This document shows positions 33,808 to 43,941 of a stretch of DNA of 64,000 nt, one piece after another. The stretch's first letter is position 1; each line of letters opens with the position of its first letter. Origin of the DNA: an uncultured bacterium (GTDB taxonomy: Bacteria; Oederibacteriota; JAAXVQ01; JAUVAV01); assembly GCA_963710755.1 (NCBI GenBank), contig CAVQBK010000003.1:288001-352000 (forward strand). Reading direction: 5' to 3'. Below the pieces are notes generated by a model. The model had not been told where the DNA came from. It searched no databases and saw nothing but the letters and a program-made list of their open reading frames with translations. The position numbers were made by a program, and so were the translations under genes.

Positions 33808-34646
33808 CCCGCGAATCCCGCAGAAAAATAGCCGGGGCCGTGGCCCTGGGCATGAGCACCCTGGCGGCGGCCATGGGGTTGTTTTGGTTGATCTTTATTT
33901 TGGGTGACGTCCTGGTGCACGGCCTCAAGGCGCTCAACCTGAATTTGTTGCTCCATGATCCTGTGCCCGCCGGCATACCGGGCGGCGGCCTGCGAAATGC
34001 CTTTGTGGGTCAATTGCTCATCACCCTAGTAGCCACCTTGATAGGTATACCGGTGGGGGTTTTGGGGGGGACTTTTCTGGCGGAATATGCCCATGGCAAG
34101 CCTATCGCCAGAATCATCAGCGTGCTTTCCGATATCATGGTCAGTGTGCCTTCTATTGTTATCGGGACCTTTATTTACGCCATTTTAGTCAGACCCATGG
34201 GGCAATTCAATGGCTGGGCCGGGTCGGTAGCTTTGGCGATCATCATGATTCCCGTGGTGTTGCGCACCACGGAAAATATGCTGCGATTGGTGCCCTGGAC
34301 CTTGCGGGAAGCGGCTTTTGCTCTGGGCGCACCTTATTATAAAGTCATCACCCAGGTGGTTTATCGCGGCGCCGCTGCGGGGATCCTGACGGGCATCCTG
34401 CTGTCCATTGCCCGCGTGGCCGGGGAAACCGCGCCGTTGCTGTTCACCTCTTTCAGTAATTCATTTTTTACGACCAATATGAACGGCCCCATGGCTTCCT
34501 TGACCGTATCCATTTTTCAATATGCCATGGGTCCTTATGAATCCTGGCATGCCCAAGCCTGGGCGGCTTCCCTGGTAATTACCCTGGCCATTCTTTTATT
34601 GGCCATTATGGGAAGAATTATCATTAAACTGAGGTACCACTCATGA
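33804..34646 (+). CDS. pstA: Phosphate ABC transporter permease PstA
   Basis: [29 protein letters not shown]. Confidence 0.96.
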   Translation: MTRESRRKIAGAVALGMSTLAAAMGLFWLIFILGDVLVHGLKALNLNLLLHDPVPAGIPGGGLRNAFVGQLLITLVATLIGIPVGVLGGTFLAEYAHGKPIARIISVLSDIMVSVPSIVIGTFIYAILVRPMGQFNGWAGSVALAIIMIPVVLRTTENMLRLVPWTLREAAFALGAPYYKVITQVVYRGAAAGILTGILLSIARVAGETAPLLFTSFSNSFFTTNMNGPMASLTVSIFQYAMGPYESWHAQAWAASLVITLAILLLAIMGRIIIKLRYHS

Positions 34647-35407
34647 ACACCACCATTGAGCTTGAGGTTAAAAATCTGGATTTTTATTACAACCATAGTG
34701 TGCATGCGCTGAAAAAAATTAGCATGCAGATTTTCCAGAAAGGCGTCACCGCCTTGATCGGGCCCTCGGGCTGTGGCAAAACCACCCTGCTTCGTTGCTT
34801 CAATCGTATGCACGACTTGTATCCCAAAAACCGTTATGAAGGAGAGATCTTCTTCAAGGGTAAAAATATTTTGACCAAGGAAGCCGATCACATTGCCTTA
34901 AGAAGCCGCATCGGCATGGTCTTTCAAAAACCAACCCCTTTTCCCATGACCATTTTTGAAAATATAGTCTATGGCTTGAAACTTAAAGGCATCACCAATA
35001 AAACCGAACTCACCCAAAGGGTGGAACAAGCCCTGCGGCATGCGGCGCTTTGGGATGAGGTTAAAGACAAATTAAGCAGTAGTGCTTACCAGCTTTCCGG
35101 AGGTCAGCAGCAGCGTTTGGTGATTGCCCGCGCCCTGGCGGTGAATCCGGAAATCCTCCTTTTTGATGAACCGACCTCGGCCCTTGATCCGGTCTCGACC
35201 GATAAGATCGAAGAACTGGTGGATATTTTAAGAAAAGAAATGACCATTATTATCGTCACCCACAACATGCAACAAGCACGACGTATTTCCGATTGGACCG
35301 GGTTCATGATGCTTGGCGAACTGGTGGAGTTCGATAAAACGGAAAAACTGTTTTTATCTCCGGCGAAAAAGTTGACCGAAGATTATGTGACGGGCCGCTT
35401 TGGCTAA
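34643..35407 (+). CDS. pstB: Phosphate ABC transporter ATPase
   Basis: [32 protein letters not shown]. Confidence 0.97.
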   Translation: MNTTIELEVKNLDFYYNHSVHALKKISMQIFQKGVTALIGPSGCGKTTLLRCFNRMHDLYPKNRYEGEIFFKGKNILTKEADHIALRSRIGMVFQKPTPFPMTIFENIVYGLKLKGITNKTELTQRVEQALRHAALWDEVKDKLSSSAYQLSGGQQQRLVIARALAVNPEILLFDEPTSALDPVSTDKIEELVDILRKEMTIIIVTHNMQQARRISDWTGFMMLGELVEFDKTEKLFLSPAKKLTEDYVTGRFG

Positions 35408-35741
35408 AGCGGTCCTTAAATGCCCAAAGGCCTGTCGACCATCTGCTTGTCTTAGCACAAGGGGCTGACCCAAAACGGTTGGCCGCTTCCAATAACCGCC
35501 TCTATGTTGTTTGATGTATAAACGCCCACCTTCCCGGCAGCTCTTTTGGGAAAGCTTCATACCATGTTTTGCCGGCGCGGCCTTTCAAATTCCATTCCTC
35601 CCATCTGCCTTTAAATGTCCGGTTGTTGATGCTAGCGGGATTACCATCGACAGGTGCAGGTAAAATCATTAGAATAAACCGATGATACTGCGGAAGTCGG
35701 TGCTGTAAGCTGTAATCGGGAAGCATTGAAAAAAGGAGGTC

Positions 35742-36506
35742 TTGACCTTGGACAATATTAAGAACAATACACCACTAGACGGCAAAATCTTTCTGGGCCT
35801 GCTCCTGACGTTGGCCCTTTTATCCGCCTTCAATATATATTTGCCTCAAGGCCGGTTTATGCCTCCCCAGGACCTGCCGGCCCCCAGACCGGTCATCGCT
35901 CTGATTAATATGCTTATGGTATTTCTTATTTATGGCAGCCTGGGATGGCTGGGCATGAAGTTGGCACCGCGGGTGGGCTTCCCCGGTTTTTGGGACCCGC
36001 AGGTCAGTCTTCGTCAGCGACTTGTTGTTCCGGGATTGCTCGGTGCAGCGCTGGGGCTTCTTTTCATAGCCGTGGATAGTTGGTTAAGTTCCGGCCGCGC
36101 CCTGGGCCCGCTCCCACATCCCCCGTTTCCCACGTCGCTAGTGGCGTCTCTGGCCGCCGGGATTGGCGAAGAAATGATTTTTCGCCTTTTTTTTATTTCT
36201 TTTTGGGTGTGGCTCATTGGGCATGTGCTGCTTAAACAAAAAGCGCCCACCCTGGTGTTTTGGATCATTGGGCTGTTGTCAGCCTTGGCGTTTGCAGGAG
36301 GTCATATCCCTGCAGTCATGATGATGGCCGGAGTGACGGCTTTCAAAGCTTTGCCGCCAATGCTCTTAGTTGAAGTGTTGCTACTCAACATGGTGTTGGG
36401 GCTGACGGCGGCCTACATGCTCAAGCGGTTCGGTTTTGTAGCCGCCGTGGGGGTCCATTTTTGGACGGATATCCTATGGCACGTGGTGTGGGGGGGTCTG
36501 CAATGA
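35742..36506 (+). CDS. CPBP (CAAX/Abi) family intramembrane glutamic protease
   Basis: EEMIFR, FAGGH, HFWTD motifs, multiple TM helices; RBS AAGGAGG. Confidence 0.85.
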   Translation: MTLDNIKNNTPLDGKIFLGLLLTLALLSAFNIYLPQGRFMPPQDLPAPRPVIALINMLMVFLIYGSLGWLGMKLAPRVGFPGFWDPQVSLRQRLVVPGLLGAALGLLFIAVDSWLSSGRALGPLPHPPFPTSLVASLAAGIGEEMIFRLFFISFWVWLIGHVLLKQKAPTLVFWIIGLLSALAFAGGHIPAVMMMAGVTAFKALPPMLLVEVLLLNMVLGLTAAYMLKRFGFVAAVGVHFWTDILWHVVWGGLQ

Positions 36507-36747
36507 CCATTGGGTCTGGCTCAAACCGCGGCTTTAAAGGGGCACCGTTCCCGTCATCCCCGATTTTCTTAAGCATCAACAGCAGCTTAAGCCGCTGATC
36601 TTTTTACTTGGCCGTCATCCCATCATTTTTTCTGCAAGAAAACGGTCTGCTCATGGTCTAAGAATTAACTAAACCAAGAGGGCCCTGGTGCCAGAGGCAT
36701 GGTGTTTTGCTTAAGCAGCTCGGGTATCCCGGCCGGAAGGGAAGACG

Positions 36748-37452
36748 ATGAGGATGAGCTTGAAAGAAACCAAACCAGATTATCTTGGCCACCGTCAACG
36801 CATCAAAGCCAAATTTGAACAGCAAGGCTTGAAAGGTTGGCCCGATTACGAGGTGCTGGAATTGTTGCTTTCCTACGCCGCCCCCCGAAAAGACAGCAAG
36901 ACCATTGCCAAAGCCTTGCTCAGTAAATACCGGACCTTGGTCAATGTGTTGAACGCCGAGGTGGCGGACTTGCAGAGGATCAAAGGCATTGCTCATCATT
37001 CCGCCTTATTTTTAAAGCTGCTTAAAGACGTAGCCGTGTTGTACGCCCAACATGAATTACATGCCCGCAACCTGCTGTCTTCTCCTCAATTAGTGTATGC
37101 TTATTTAAAAGCCCGTCTGAAAGGGGAAGGCAGGGAAGAATTCATCGTGCTCTTTGTGGACAACCGCAATTGTCTGATCGCCGTCGAGCATCTGTCTACG
37201 GGAACCGTCACCGAGGCCTCGGTTCATCCCCGAACAGTTGTGGAACGGGCCTTTTATCATCAGGCCGTGGGCGTGATCATCGCTCATAATCACCCCGGCA
37301 GGTCGCTGGAACCCTCGGTGCAGGATCAACAGCTGACCAAAAAATTAAAGGGCGCGCTGGCCACGGTAGATCTCCATTTGTTGGATCACATAATTATTGC
37401 CGGCAATGATTATTATAGTTTCAAAGCTCATGGACTTTCCTGCCTCAATTGA
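36748..37452 (+). CDS. radC: RadC / JAB-domain protein (full-length chromosomal type)
   Basis: GHRQR..YEVLELLL, VHPR, HNHP..PS..D, LLDHIII. Confidence 0.93.
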   Translation: MRMSLKETKPDYLGHRQRIKAKFEQQGLKGWPDYEVLELLLSYAAPRKDSKTIAKALLSKYRTLVNVLNAEVADLQRIKGIAHHSALFLKLLKDVAVLYAQHELHARNLLSSPQLVYAYLKARLKGEGREEFIVLFVDNRNCLIAVEHLSTGTVTEASVHPRTVVERAFYHQAVGVIIAHNHPGRSLEPSVQDQQLTKKLKGALATVDLHLLDHIIIAGNDYYSFKAHGLSCLN

Positions 37453-37668
37453 GGCAGAAGGAATACGTTTCCCGTTCCTCGCCGGGCATGCCAAAGTTCT
37501 CTCCACACAAAATACTAAGCCCCCTATTTACAGCCTTGCAAGCAAAGTAAGCGGGCTTTATAATGATCGGAACGAGCCCAAGCCCAGGGCAGGTAGTGCG
37601 GGGAAAAGGATCAAGTTTGACGCCTTAGGACCAGCATGACCTTGACGATACTCTAAGCAGGAGAGGTT

Positions 37669-38148
37669 ATGAAAATAGGCGTCATTTCCGACACCCACAT
37701 ACCCGCTCAGGCGACAGCTTTGCCGGAACACTTGGGCAGGCTTTTTTCCGGGGTGGACAAGATCATTCATGCCGGGGATATTGAATCCATCCAAGTGTTG
37801 GATGAATTGGAGCTTATTGCGCCTGTTCATGCTGTGGCCGGTAATATGGATCATGGCATTTATGGTTTGCCGGTTAAACGCAGCATGATGATCGAAGGCA
37901 TGCGCGTGGGTGTCATGCATGGCGCCGGAGGGCCGAAGCACAATATCAGACCATTTGTGCGCAAGCACCTTGGGGATATGGACATCATTATTTATGGCCA
38001 TACCCACCAGGCATTTTGGGGACAAGAAGGGGGCATTTGGTTTATGAATCCCGGCAGTCCTACCGGAGGTCCTGGTAACGCTTTTCCCAGCGTGGGATTG
38101 CTGACCATCACCACCAACAACCTTAAGGGAGAACTGATTCGGTTATAA
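37669..38148 (+). CDS. YfcE/Vps29-like metallophosphoesterase
   Basis: ISDTH, HAGD, GNMD, YGHTH, NPGS. Confidence 0.93.
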   Translation: MKIGVISDTHIPAQATALPEHLGRLFSGVDKIIHAGDIESIQVLDELELIAPVHAVAGNMDHGIYGLPVKRSMMIEGMRVGVMHGAGGPKHNIRPFVRKHLGDMDIIIYGHTHQAFWGQEGGIWFMNPGSPTGGPGNAFPSVGLLTITTNNLKGELIRL

Positions 38149-38151
38149 ACC

Positions 38152-40008
38152 ATGATGCGACATAAACACTGGCCAATAGAAAAGGAACGCCGCCGTTCCC
38201 GGGATGAAAACGAACATGCTCTGTCCTTTAAAACCGGGCTCAGGCAAAAATTTATATTAACCATTTCTGCCTTGATCGGTTTTTTTTCCCTGGCCTTTTT
38301 TGTCTTTTATTTTTACAGCACTAAAATCATCCTCACCGAATTTTACCAAAATCAATGTCTGGAAAAAAGCAAGCGCCTGGCCACGGCGGTCGCCTATGCT
38401 GCCCCCCAATTAGCCCCAACGACCTTGGCCCCCATGCTCAACAGTATGTTGCCGGCGGAGAATTTATTATACGTCAGCATCCTGAACACGCAAGGTGAGG
38501 TGGTGGACGCCAAGGCTATTCCCGATATCACCTTGCCCCGGGCCTTGACCTATCCTGAGCTGGTAGAGCATTTGGGTGTGGCCCAAACCTTAGTTTTACC
38601 GGAAGGCGGCCAGATGGAGGACCTGGTGACGCCTATCGTGATCCCTTCTTTAAACCCTGGAGAAGATCCCCAAACGATAGGGTTTATCCGTATTGGCATT
38701 CAATCCATGGGACAGAGTAAATTTTTACTTTATCGCAGTATTTGGTTGGTGTTTGGTATCGGGGTTTTCATTATGTTTGGTATTTTAGCCGCCCTCTATT
38801 TATACCGCATTATTATCTCGCCTATCCAGCAATTGGCCCGGGCCATGAAGGTGGTGGCTGAAAGTGATATCGAATTTGACGATGATGGTTTGCCCGCCGG
38901 CCGGCGTTTCCGCCGGGGCAGCGATTTGAACCTGCATATTTATACCAATGATGAAATCGAACAGTTGGCGGATGAGTTTACCATCATGGTTAAAAAACTG
39001 GAAACGTCCTACAATCAGTTGGAAGAAATGGTCAAAGTGAAAGCTTCCATCGCCAAAGAAAAATCCCGTTTGGTGGAAGAAATGGGAAAACTGAACAAGC
39101 AACATGAAGAAGTAATCAAAGAACGCACCCGGGAAATTGTGGAAAAAAATCTGCGTCTCTATGAAATTTCGGAGGAGTTGCAATTTCAAAAAGAAGAACT
39201 GATCGGAGCCAATGAAGATTTGGAAAAAATATCCCGCATGAAATCGGAATTTTTAGCCAGTATGTCCCATGAATTGCGTACGCCGCTGAATGCCATTATC
39301 GGTTTCGCGGAAGTCTTAAAAGATAAGATGTTTGGAGACATTAATGACCGTCAGGAAAAATACCTGGCCAACATCCTCAATTCGGGCAAGCATCTCCTCA
39401 ATTTGATCAATAATATATTGGATATCGCCAAAGTGGAAGCGGGCAAGATGAGTCTTACCATTTCCCCCTATGCGGTTAACAAAGTTATTGATGAAGTTCA
39501 GAACATTATTAGAACGCTGGCATATAAAAAGAACATTCAGTTAAAACTAGCCCTTTGCCAGGATTTAATCGTGGAAGGAGATGCCGCGCGCTTTAAACAG
39601 ATTTTATACAACCTGCTTTCCAATGCCATCAAATTTACCGAAGAAAAAGGTGATGTTCAGATCATCACCCAGGAAGTTGGTGAAGGCGTGCATTTTGATG
39701 GCGGTGCCGGCAGCAAACCCTTTACCACAGAACAAGCCTCTTTCCTGCTGGTGGTTAAAGACAGCGGCATCGGCATTAAGCCCGACGATCAAGACCGCAT
39801 TTTTAATGAATTTGAACAATTGGACCAGACCAGCGCCCGCCAGTATGAAGGTACAGGTCTGGGGTTGCCTCTGACCAGGCAATTGGTTTATCTCCATGGT
39901 GGACATATTTGGCTGGAAAGCCATTATGGCGAGGGTACCAGTGTGCATGTGGTGCTGCCGATTAAAACCAGAGCGGTCAGCTTAGATGAGAATGAGGAGA
40001 CGCCTTAA
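38152..40008 (+). CDS. Membrane sensor histidine kinase (HAMP, HisKA, HATPase)
   Basis: Intact SMSHELRTPLN, NLLSNAIKFT, DSGIGI, GTGLGL. Confidence 0.95.
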   Translation: MMRHKHWPIEKERRRSRDENEHALSFKTGLRQKFILTISALIGFFSLAFFVFYFYSTKIILTEFYQNQCLEKSKRLATAVAYAAPQLAPTTLAPMLNSMLPAENLLYVSILNTQGEVVDAKAIPDITLPRALTYPELVEHLGVAQTLVLPEGGQMEDLVTPIVIPSLNPGEDPQTIGFIRIGIQSMGQSKFLLYRSIWLVFGIGVFIMFGILAALYLYRIIISPIQQLARAMKVVAESDIEFDDDGLPAGRRFRRGSDLNLHIYTNDEIEQLADEFTIMVKKLETSYNQLEEMVKVKASIAKEKSRLVEEMGKLNKQHEEVIKERTREIVEKNLRLYEISEELQFQKEELIGANEDLEKISRMKSEFLASMSHELRTPLNAIIGFAEVLKDKMFGDINDRQEKYLANILNSGKHLLNLINNILDIAKVEAGKMSLTISPYAVNKVIDEVQNIIRTLAYKKNIQLKLALCQDLIVEGDAARFKQILYNLLSNAIKFTEEKGDVQIITQEVGEGVHFDGGAGSKPFTTEQASFLLVVKDSGIGIKPDDQDRIFNEFEQLDQTSARQYEGTGLGLPLTRQLVYLHGGHIWLESHYGEGTSVHVVLPIKTRAVSLDENEETP

Positions 40009-40009
40009 C

Positions 40010-40384
40010 ATGTCAAACACCAAAACCATTTTAATCGTGGAAGACAATGAACTGAATATGGAATTGGTACGGGATATTCTGACGGCCCAGGGGTACCATA
40101 TTCTGGAAGCAGCCAGTGCCGAGCAGTGCCGTGCCCACCTCGAGAAAAACGTCCCTGATTTGATACTTATGGATATCCAATTACCGCGGGTGGATGGCTA
40201 CACCTTGATCCGGGAGATCAAGGCGGATCAGCGTCTGCAACAAGTTCCAGTCTACGCGCTGACGGCCTTTGCCATGGCCGGAGACAAAGAAAAAGCTACG
40301 GATGCAGGTTGTGATGATGTGATTACCAAGCCTATTGACACCAAAAATTTTTTGAAAACCGTGGCCCAAGCCGTGGGAACATGA
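40010..40384 (+). CDS. Single-domain response regulator (DivK-like)
   Basis: ILIVEDNELN, ILMDIQLP..DG, ALTAFAM, KP; RBS GAGGAG; 1 nt after kinase stop. Confidence 0.93.
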   Translation: MSNTKTILIVEDNELNMELVRDILTAQGYHILEAASAEQCRAHLEKNVPDLILMDIQLPRVDGYTLIREIKADQRLQQVPVYALTAFAMAGDKEKATDAGCDDVITKPIDTKNFLKTVAQAVGT

Positions 40385-40494
40385 ACAATTTATGGTTTAT
40401 GTTCCACCAGAACTATGGCTAATCGAATATTAATCCATTCGGTCAAATGCAGTAGATTCTCGCTTTTCATTTTGTTGATGAAGTGCTCAGCCGC

Positions 40495-41064
40495 CTATAG
40501 AGCTTCAAAAACGTCCTTTTCCGTAATAACCATGTTCATGGGTTGGTCATAGGCTGTAATTGGCAGGTGATCAACGACTTGCCACGAGAACGCCAACCCC
40601 AAACGTAAGCCTGTATAACGGCTTAAATAGCGATCATAGTAGCCCTGCCCAAAGCCCAGACGGTGACCATGGACATCAAAGGCCAGTGCCGGCACCAACA
40701 ACAGATCCAAGTTGTCGGCGGTAAGGGGGTGTTCGGAGCGGGGCTGGCGCAGGTTAAACGGGCCCTTGGTTAGATCCTCAAGGCCATTAAACGTGTAAAA
40801 CGTCATGTGTTTGTTCTCACGGGTCACTACCGGAGCAGCCACAATTTTTCCCTGTGCTTGTGCGCTGATGATCAAAGCGTCGCTATCCACTTCTCCTGGC
40901 AAAGCCAGATAACACCCTATCCTTCGCGCTTGTTTCCAAGCTGATAATTGCATGACCTGGTCATGGATGCGCAGGCTAAACTGGGTTCGTTCCGAATCGC
41001 TCAGGTTGGCGCGCATGGCCAACAGCTGTTGGCGCAGGCGCTGTTTTTCCAAAAGGGGATTCAT
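40495..41064 (-). CDS. 5-formyltetrahydrofolate cyclo-ligase
   Basis: K..LR, EVD, LVPALAFD..GHRLGFGQGYYDR. Confidence 0.94.
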   Translation of the reverse strand: MNPLLEKQRLRQQLLAMRANLSDSERTQFSLRIHDQVMQLSAWKQARRIGCYLALPGEVDSDALIISAQAQGKIVAAPVVTRENKHMTFYTFNGLEDLTKGPFNLRQPRSEHPLTADNLDLLLVPALAFDVHGHRLGFGQGYYDRYLSRYTGLRLGLAFSWQVVDHLPITAYDQPMNMVITEKDVFEAL

Positions 41065-41073
41065 GGATAAGGC

Positions 41074-41652
41074 CTAGGCAGCCAGGCTGGCAATAGAGCG
41101 GCACCAGTCCGAGATTTTTATCATTAACTGAGGATGGTTCTGCAACCGAAAAGGGGTAGTCATACCGGGTAGCAGAAGTGTGTCAGTTAGTTTAAATCCC
41201 GCCGTATTAAAAAAAGCCTTGGTTTCTTTGATAATAACCTCAAATTCTTTTGGCTGCGATGAAGCACAGGTGCTGATGAAAAAGGCAGGCCGTTTGATAC
41301 GCTGTTTCCAGGCGGGGTTATGCCAAAGCGGATGACATCGATCGATCAAGGCTTTAACTTGGGCAGGATAACCATAAAAATAAACCGGGGCCGCGACCAC
41401 CAGGACTGCGGCCTGGTCTAAAAGCTTAATCACTTTGGGCATATCATCGTCTTGCCAGCAGGTATAATCATTATCCAAGCAGGCATTGCATCCCCAACAG
41501 GGGTTAATGGCCAAGCGCCGGATAGCCAGGCGCTTGATACGAAAACAGTCCAAAGTCGTGGTCACGGCTTTGAGTATTTGCGCACTGGCACCCTGTTGAC
41601 GGGGATGGCCATCGAGAGCAACCAACAACGGTTTGGTGGTCATATCAGCCAA
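41074..41652 (-). CDS. Iron-sulfur flavoprotein / flavodoxin-family protein
   Basis: GHPR..G, CWGCNAC..C..DDM, APVYFY...KALIDR. Confidence 0.85.
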   Translation of the reverse strand: MADMTTKPLLVALDGHPRQQGASAQILKAVTTTLDCFRIKRLAIRRLAINPCWGCNACLDNDYTCWQDDDMPKVIKLLDQAAVLVVAAPVYFYGYPAQVKALIDRCHPLWHNPAWKQRIKRPAFFISTCASSQPKEFEVIIKETKAFFNTAGFKLTDTLLLPGMTTPFRLQNHPQLMIKISDWCRSIASLAA

Positions 41653-41932
41653 ACCTGTATTTTACCCCAAAACCTCCGCGGGGATATTTCCAACCGACAT
41701 TATCATAGGGGCAAATAATCCGGCAGGTGCCGCATTCCAGGCAACCTTCGAAAGCTACATGGGTTTCATTTTTTTCTTCCACATGCTCCCAACAATCAGC
41801 AGGGCAGCCATTGATGCAGGGCTTGCCTTCCTTGTTCTGACATTGGGCACACTTGGCCTGGTCTTTTACCGAGAGATGGGATTCAGTATCAGCATTAAAG
41901 GTTACTAAAAAGAGTTTATCTTCCAGTTTCAT
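41645..41932 (-). CDS. fixX: Ferredoxin-like protein FixX
   Basis: CPADC, GCLECGTCRIICP, WKYPRGGFGVKYRFG. Confidence 0.93.
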   Translation of the reverse strand: MKLEDKLFLVTFNADTESHLSVKDQAKCAQCQNKEGKPCINGCPADCWEHVEEKNETHVAFEGCLECGTCRIICPYDNVGWKYPRGGFGVKYRFG

Positions 41933-43227
41933 TTAACAGTCAATCCTCCTTTAACAGCATCCATAATGAGGCCCCACAGGCCGCGTCGCTGACGCAGCAT
42001 GCGGAAAATGCGTTTTTGTTTTTCCCATTTGCTGGCACCATCCACCGTGAAAAACTCAGTCCCAGCGTCATTGATCAAGTTGGGATAAGTCTGGAACAAG
42101 TGAGGCTGCTGTTCCATAAAGTGATTGAGATTGCGGTATTTTTTAAGGTCCTGCATGACAAAACTCTTTTCCAAAGCCTGGCGATAGGAGGCCAGTCCGC
42201 TGGCGGAAAAATCGTTGGCCGCCTTGGCCTTGATCACCGCGTCCGCAGCCAGCAGGCCCGATTTAACAGCCAGGTTGGAGCCTTCCCTATGGGCGCCATT
42301 AACCAGCATGACCGAATCACCCACAGCCACCCAGCCATTACCATGAACCTGGGGGATGGCATGATAACCGCCTTCTGGTATCAGGTGGGCCAGGTATTCT
42401 TCGGTCTTACCGCCGGCGATTAAGGGACTGATACTGGGATGACATTTTAATTCTTCCATCAGGTCCGGCAATTTGAGTTTATAGCGGGCCACATCGGAAA
42501 CCAGCACGCCCATACCCAAGGAAATGCTGGTTTTGTTGGCGTATAAAAAGCCCAGGCCCACGGCACCTTTGGAAAAGGTGCCGAACAATTCAATGGCCAC
42601 GCCCTGACCGTCAGTTACATTGAAGCGGTCCTGGATTTTTTCTTCGGACAGACTGATAACTTCCTTGACCGCTGTGGCGACCTGGTCAGGCTTGATTTCC
42701 CGGTGAATGCCCATGTCACGCAAAAGAATGGAGTTCACACCTTCGGCAATAACCACCACATCTGCCTTTAAATCGCCGTCTTCAAGATTGGTGTGCACGC
42801 CCACCACCCGGCCGTTCTCCTGGAGTAAGGCTTCCACGGTGGCTTCCGTCAGAAGCATGACCCCTGCTTCTTCCGCTTTTTCCGAAAGCCAACGGTCGAA
42901 TTTGGCGCGAAATACGGACCAGCAATTGGGCTCGACACCGCTAAAGGTGGCGCTGCGTACGCCGCCGCCCACATGTCCCTGGTCGCCGAGCATCCAATAA
43001 CGCTGTTCGACAATTTCCCGTTCCACCGGTGCTTCTTTCCAAAATTCGGGTAGGATCTCTTCCAAAGGATGGCGGTAAAAAATGCCGCCCATGACGTTTT
43101 TAGAACCGGGAAAGGCGCCTCTTTCCAGCACCGCCACTTCCAGACCTGCTTGCGCCATTTTGATGGCTGCCGCCAAACCGGACGGCCCGGCACCCACCAC
43201 AATGGCATCAAATTTATCCTCTGCCAT
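41929..43227 (-). CDS. fixC: ETF-quinone oxidoreductase FixC
   Basis: FDAIVVGAGPSG, GSKNVMGG, AEGVNS, AHLIPEGG; RBS GGAGG before ATG 43227. Confidence 0.93.
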   Translation of the reverse strand: MAEDKFDAIVVGAGPSGLAAAIKMAQAGLEVAVLERGAFPGSKNVMGGIFYRHPLEEILPEFWKEAPVEREIVEQRYWMLGDQGHVGGGVRSATFSGVEPNCWSVFRAKFDRWLSEKAEEAGVMLLTEATVEALLQENGRVVGVHTNLEDGDLKADVVVIAEGVNSILLRDMGIHREIKPDQVATAVKEVISLSEEKIQDRFNVTDGQGVAIELFGTFSKGAVGLGFLYANKTSISLGMGVLVSDVARYKLKLPDLMEELKCHPSISPLIAGGKTEEYLAHLIPEGGYHAIPQVHGNGWVAVGDSVMLVNGAHREGSNLAVKSGLLAADAVIKAKAANDFSASGLASYRQALEKSFVMQDLKKYRNLNHFMEQQPHLFQTYPNLINDAGTEFFTVDGASKWEKQKRIFRMLRQRRGLWGLIMDAVKGGLTVK

Positions 43228-43612
43228 AAGACCTCCAATCATTAAATGAATAGTAAGGAAGCAGCCTATCATAAAGGTAAGTACAACGCGCGTCAAGCCA
43301 CATTCCACAGCTAGCGAGTGCCAAATCGTAAAGATAGGATACAACCAAGCGCCCTGGGTTAGTGCTTGTTGCGAAAATGGGTTTTATTTAAGTCGACATA
43401 CCGTTATGCTCGTAAACGGAATCCAGCTACAATTGATAACTTTTAAAATTAATGAATTCCGGCTGAGGACCTACAAGAATGACCACCATGGGCAATAGTT
43501 ATTTTTTAAAAACGGAAATCATTTCAAGAAAAGGGGTGATGGAGAATTTTATTTGCCCAACCTGTTCCATGTGCGTATTGCTCAGGAGCTTGAGCAAGGA
43601 TGGCGCAAACGC

Positions 43613-43933
43613 TTATGGTTTGGGACTCATGAAGCTGGAAACAATCAAGGGTTGATCGCTGTGGTTATGGATGGAATGTACTTCCTCGCGGTTAACCAGG
43701 ATCACATCGTCCTGATGGGCCAGCACGGACTCCACTCCCGATGAGATAACCGCTTCCCCTTCGAGGATGGTGATGAACTCATTGGCAAAAGGATGGGTAT
43801 GTTCGGTCATAGCCTGACCAGGCAAAAAACTGTACACAAATAAAACGGCATTGTCCGAGGAAAGCACCACTTGCCGGTGGAAAACATCTTCCTCAAACTG
43901 AACGTGTTTTTTTAAATCTTCTATGTTCATCAT
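43613..43933 (-). CDS. Cupin-domain protein
   Basis: PGQ..EHTHP..E..ILEG..HSIHN; RBS AAGGAGG. Confidence 0.88.
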   Translation of the reverse strand: MMNIEDLKKHVQFEEDVFHRQVVLSSDNAVLFVYSFLPGQAMTEHTHPFANEFITILEGEAVISSGVESVLAHQDDVILVNREEVHSIHNHSDQPLIVSSFMSPKP

Positions 43934-43941
43934 GACCTCCT

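Noticed and set aside
36549-36621. Direct repeat CCGTCATCCCC (two copies)
   Set aside because: Only 11 bp and two copies, with no supporting structure
36748-37452. radC as a marker of a mobile element
   Set aside because: Full-length chromosomal type with N-terminal domain and no mobility genes around it
41064-41074. 6S RNA upstream of 5-formyl-THF cyclo-ligase
   Set aside because: Only 9 bp separate the gene from the upstream CDS
43530-43600. Fluoride riboswitch (GGTGATGGAG)
   Set aside because: Downstream pairing and TAATGAC..CTAC elements are missing and no suitable gene follows on this strand
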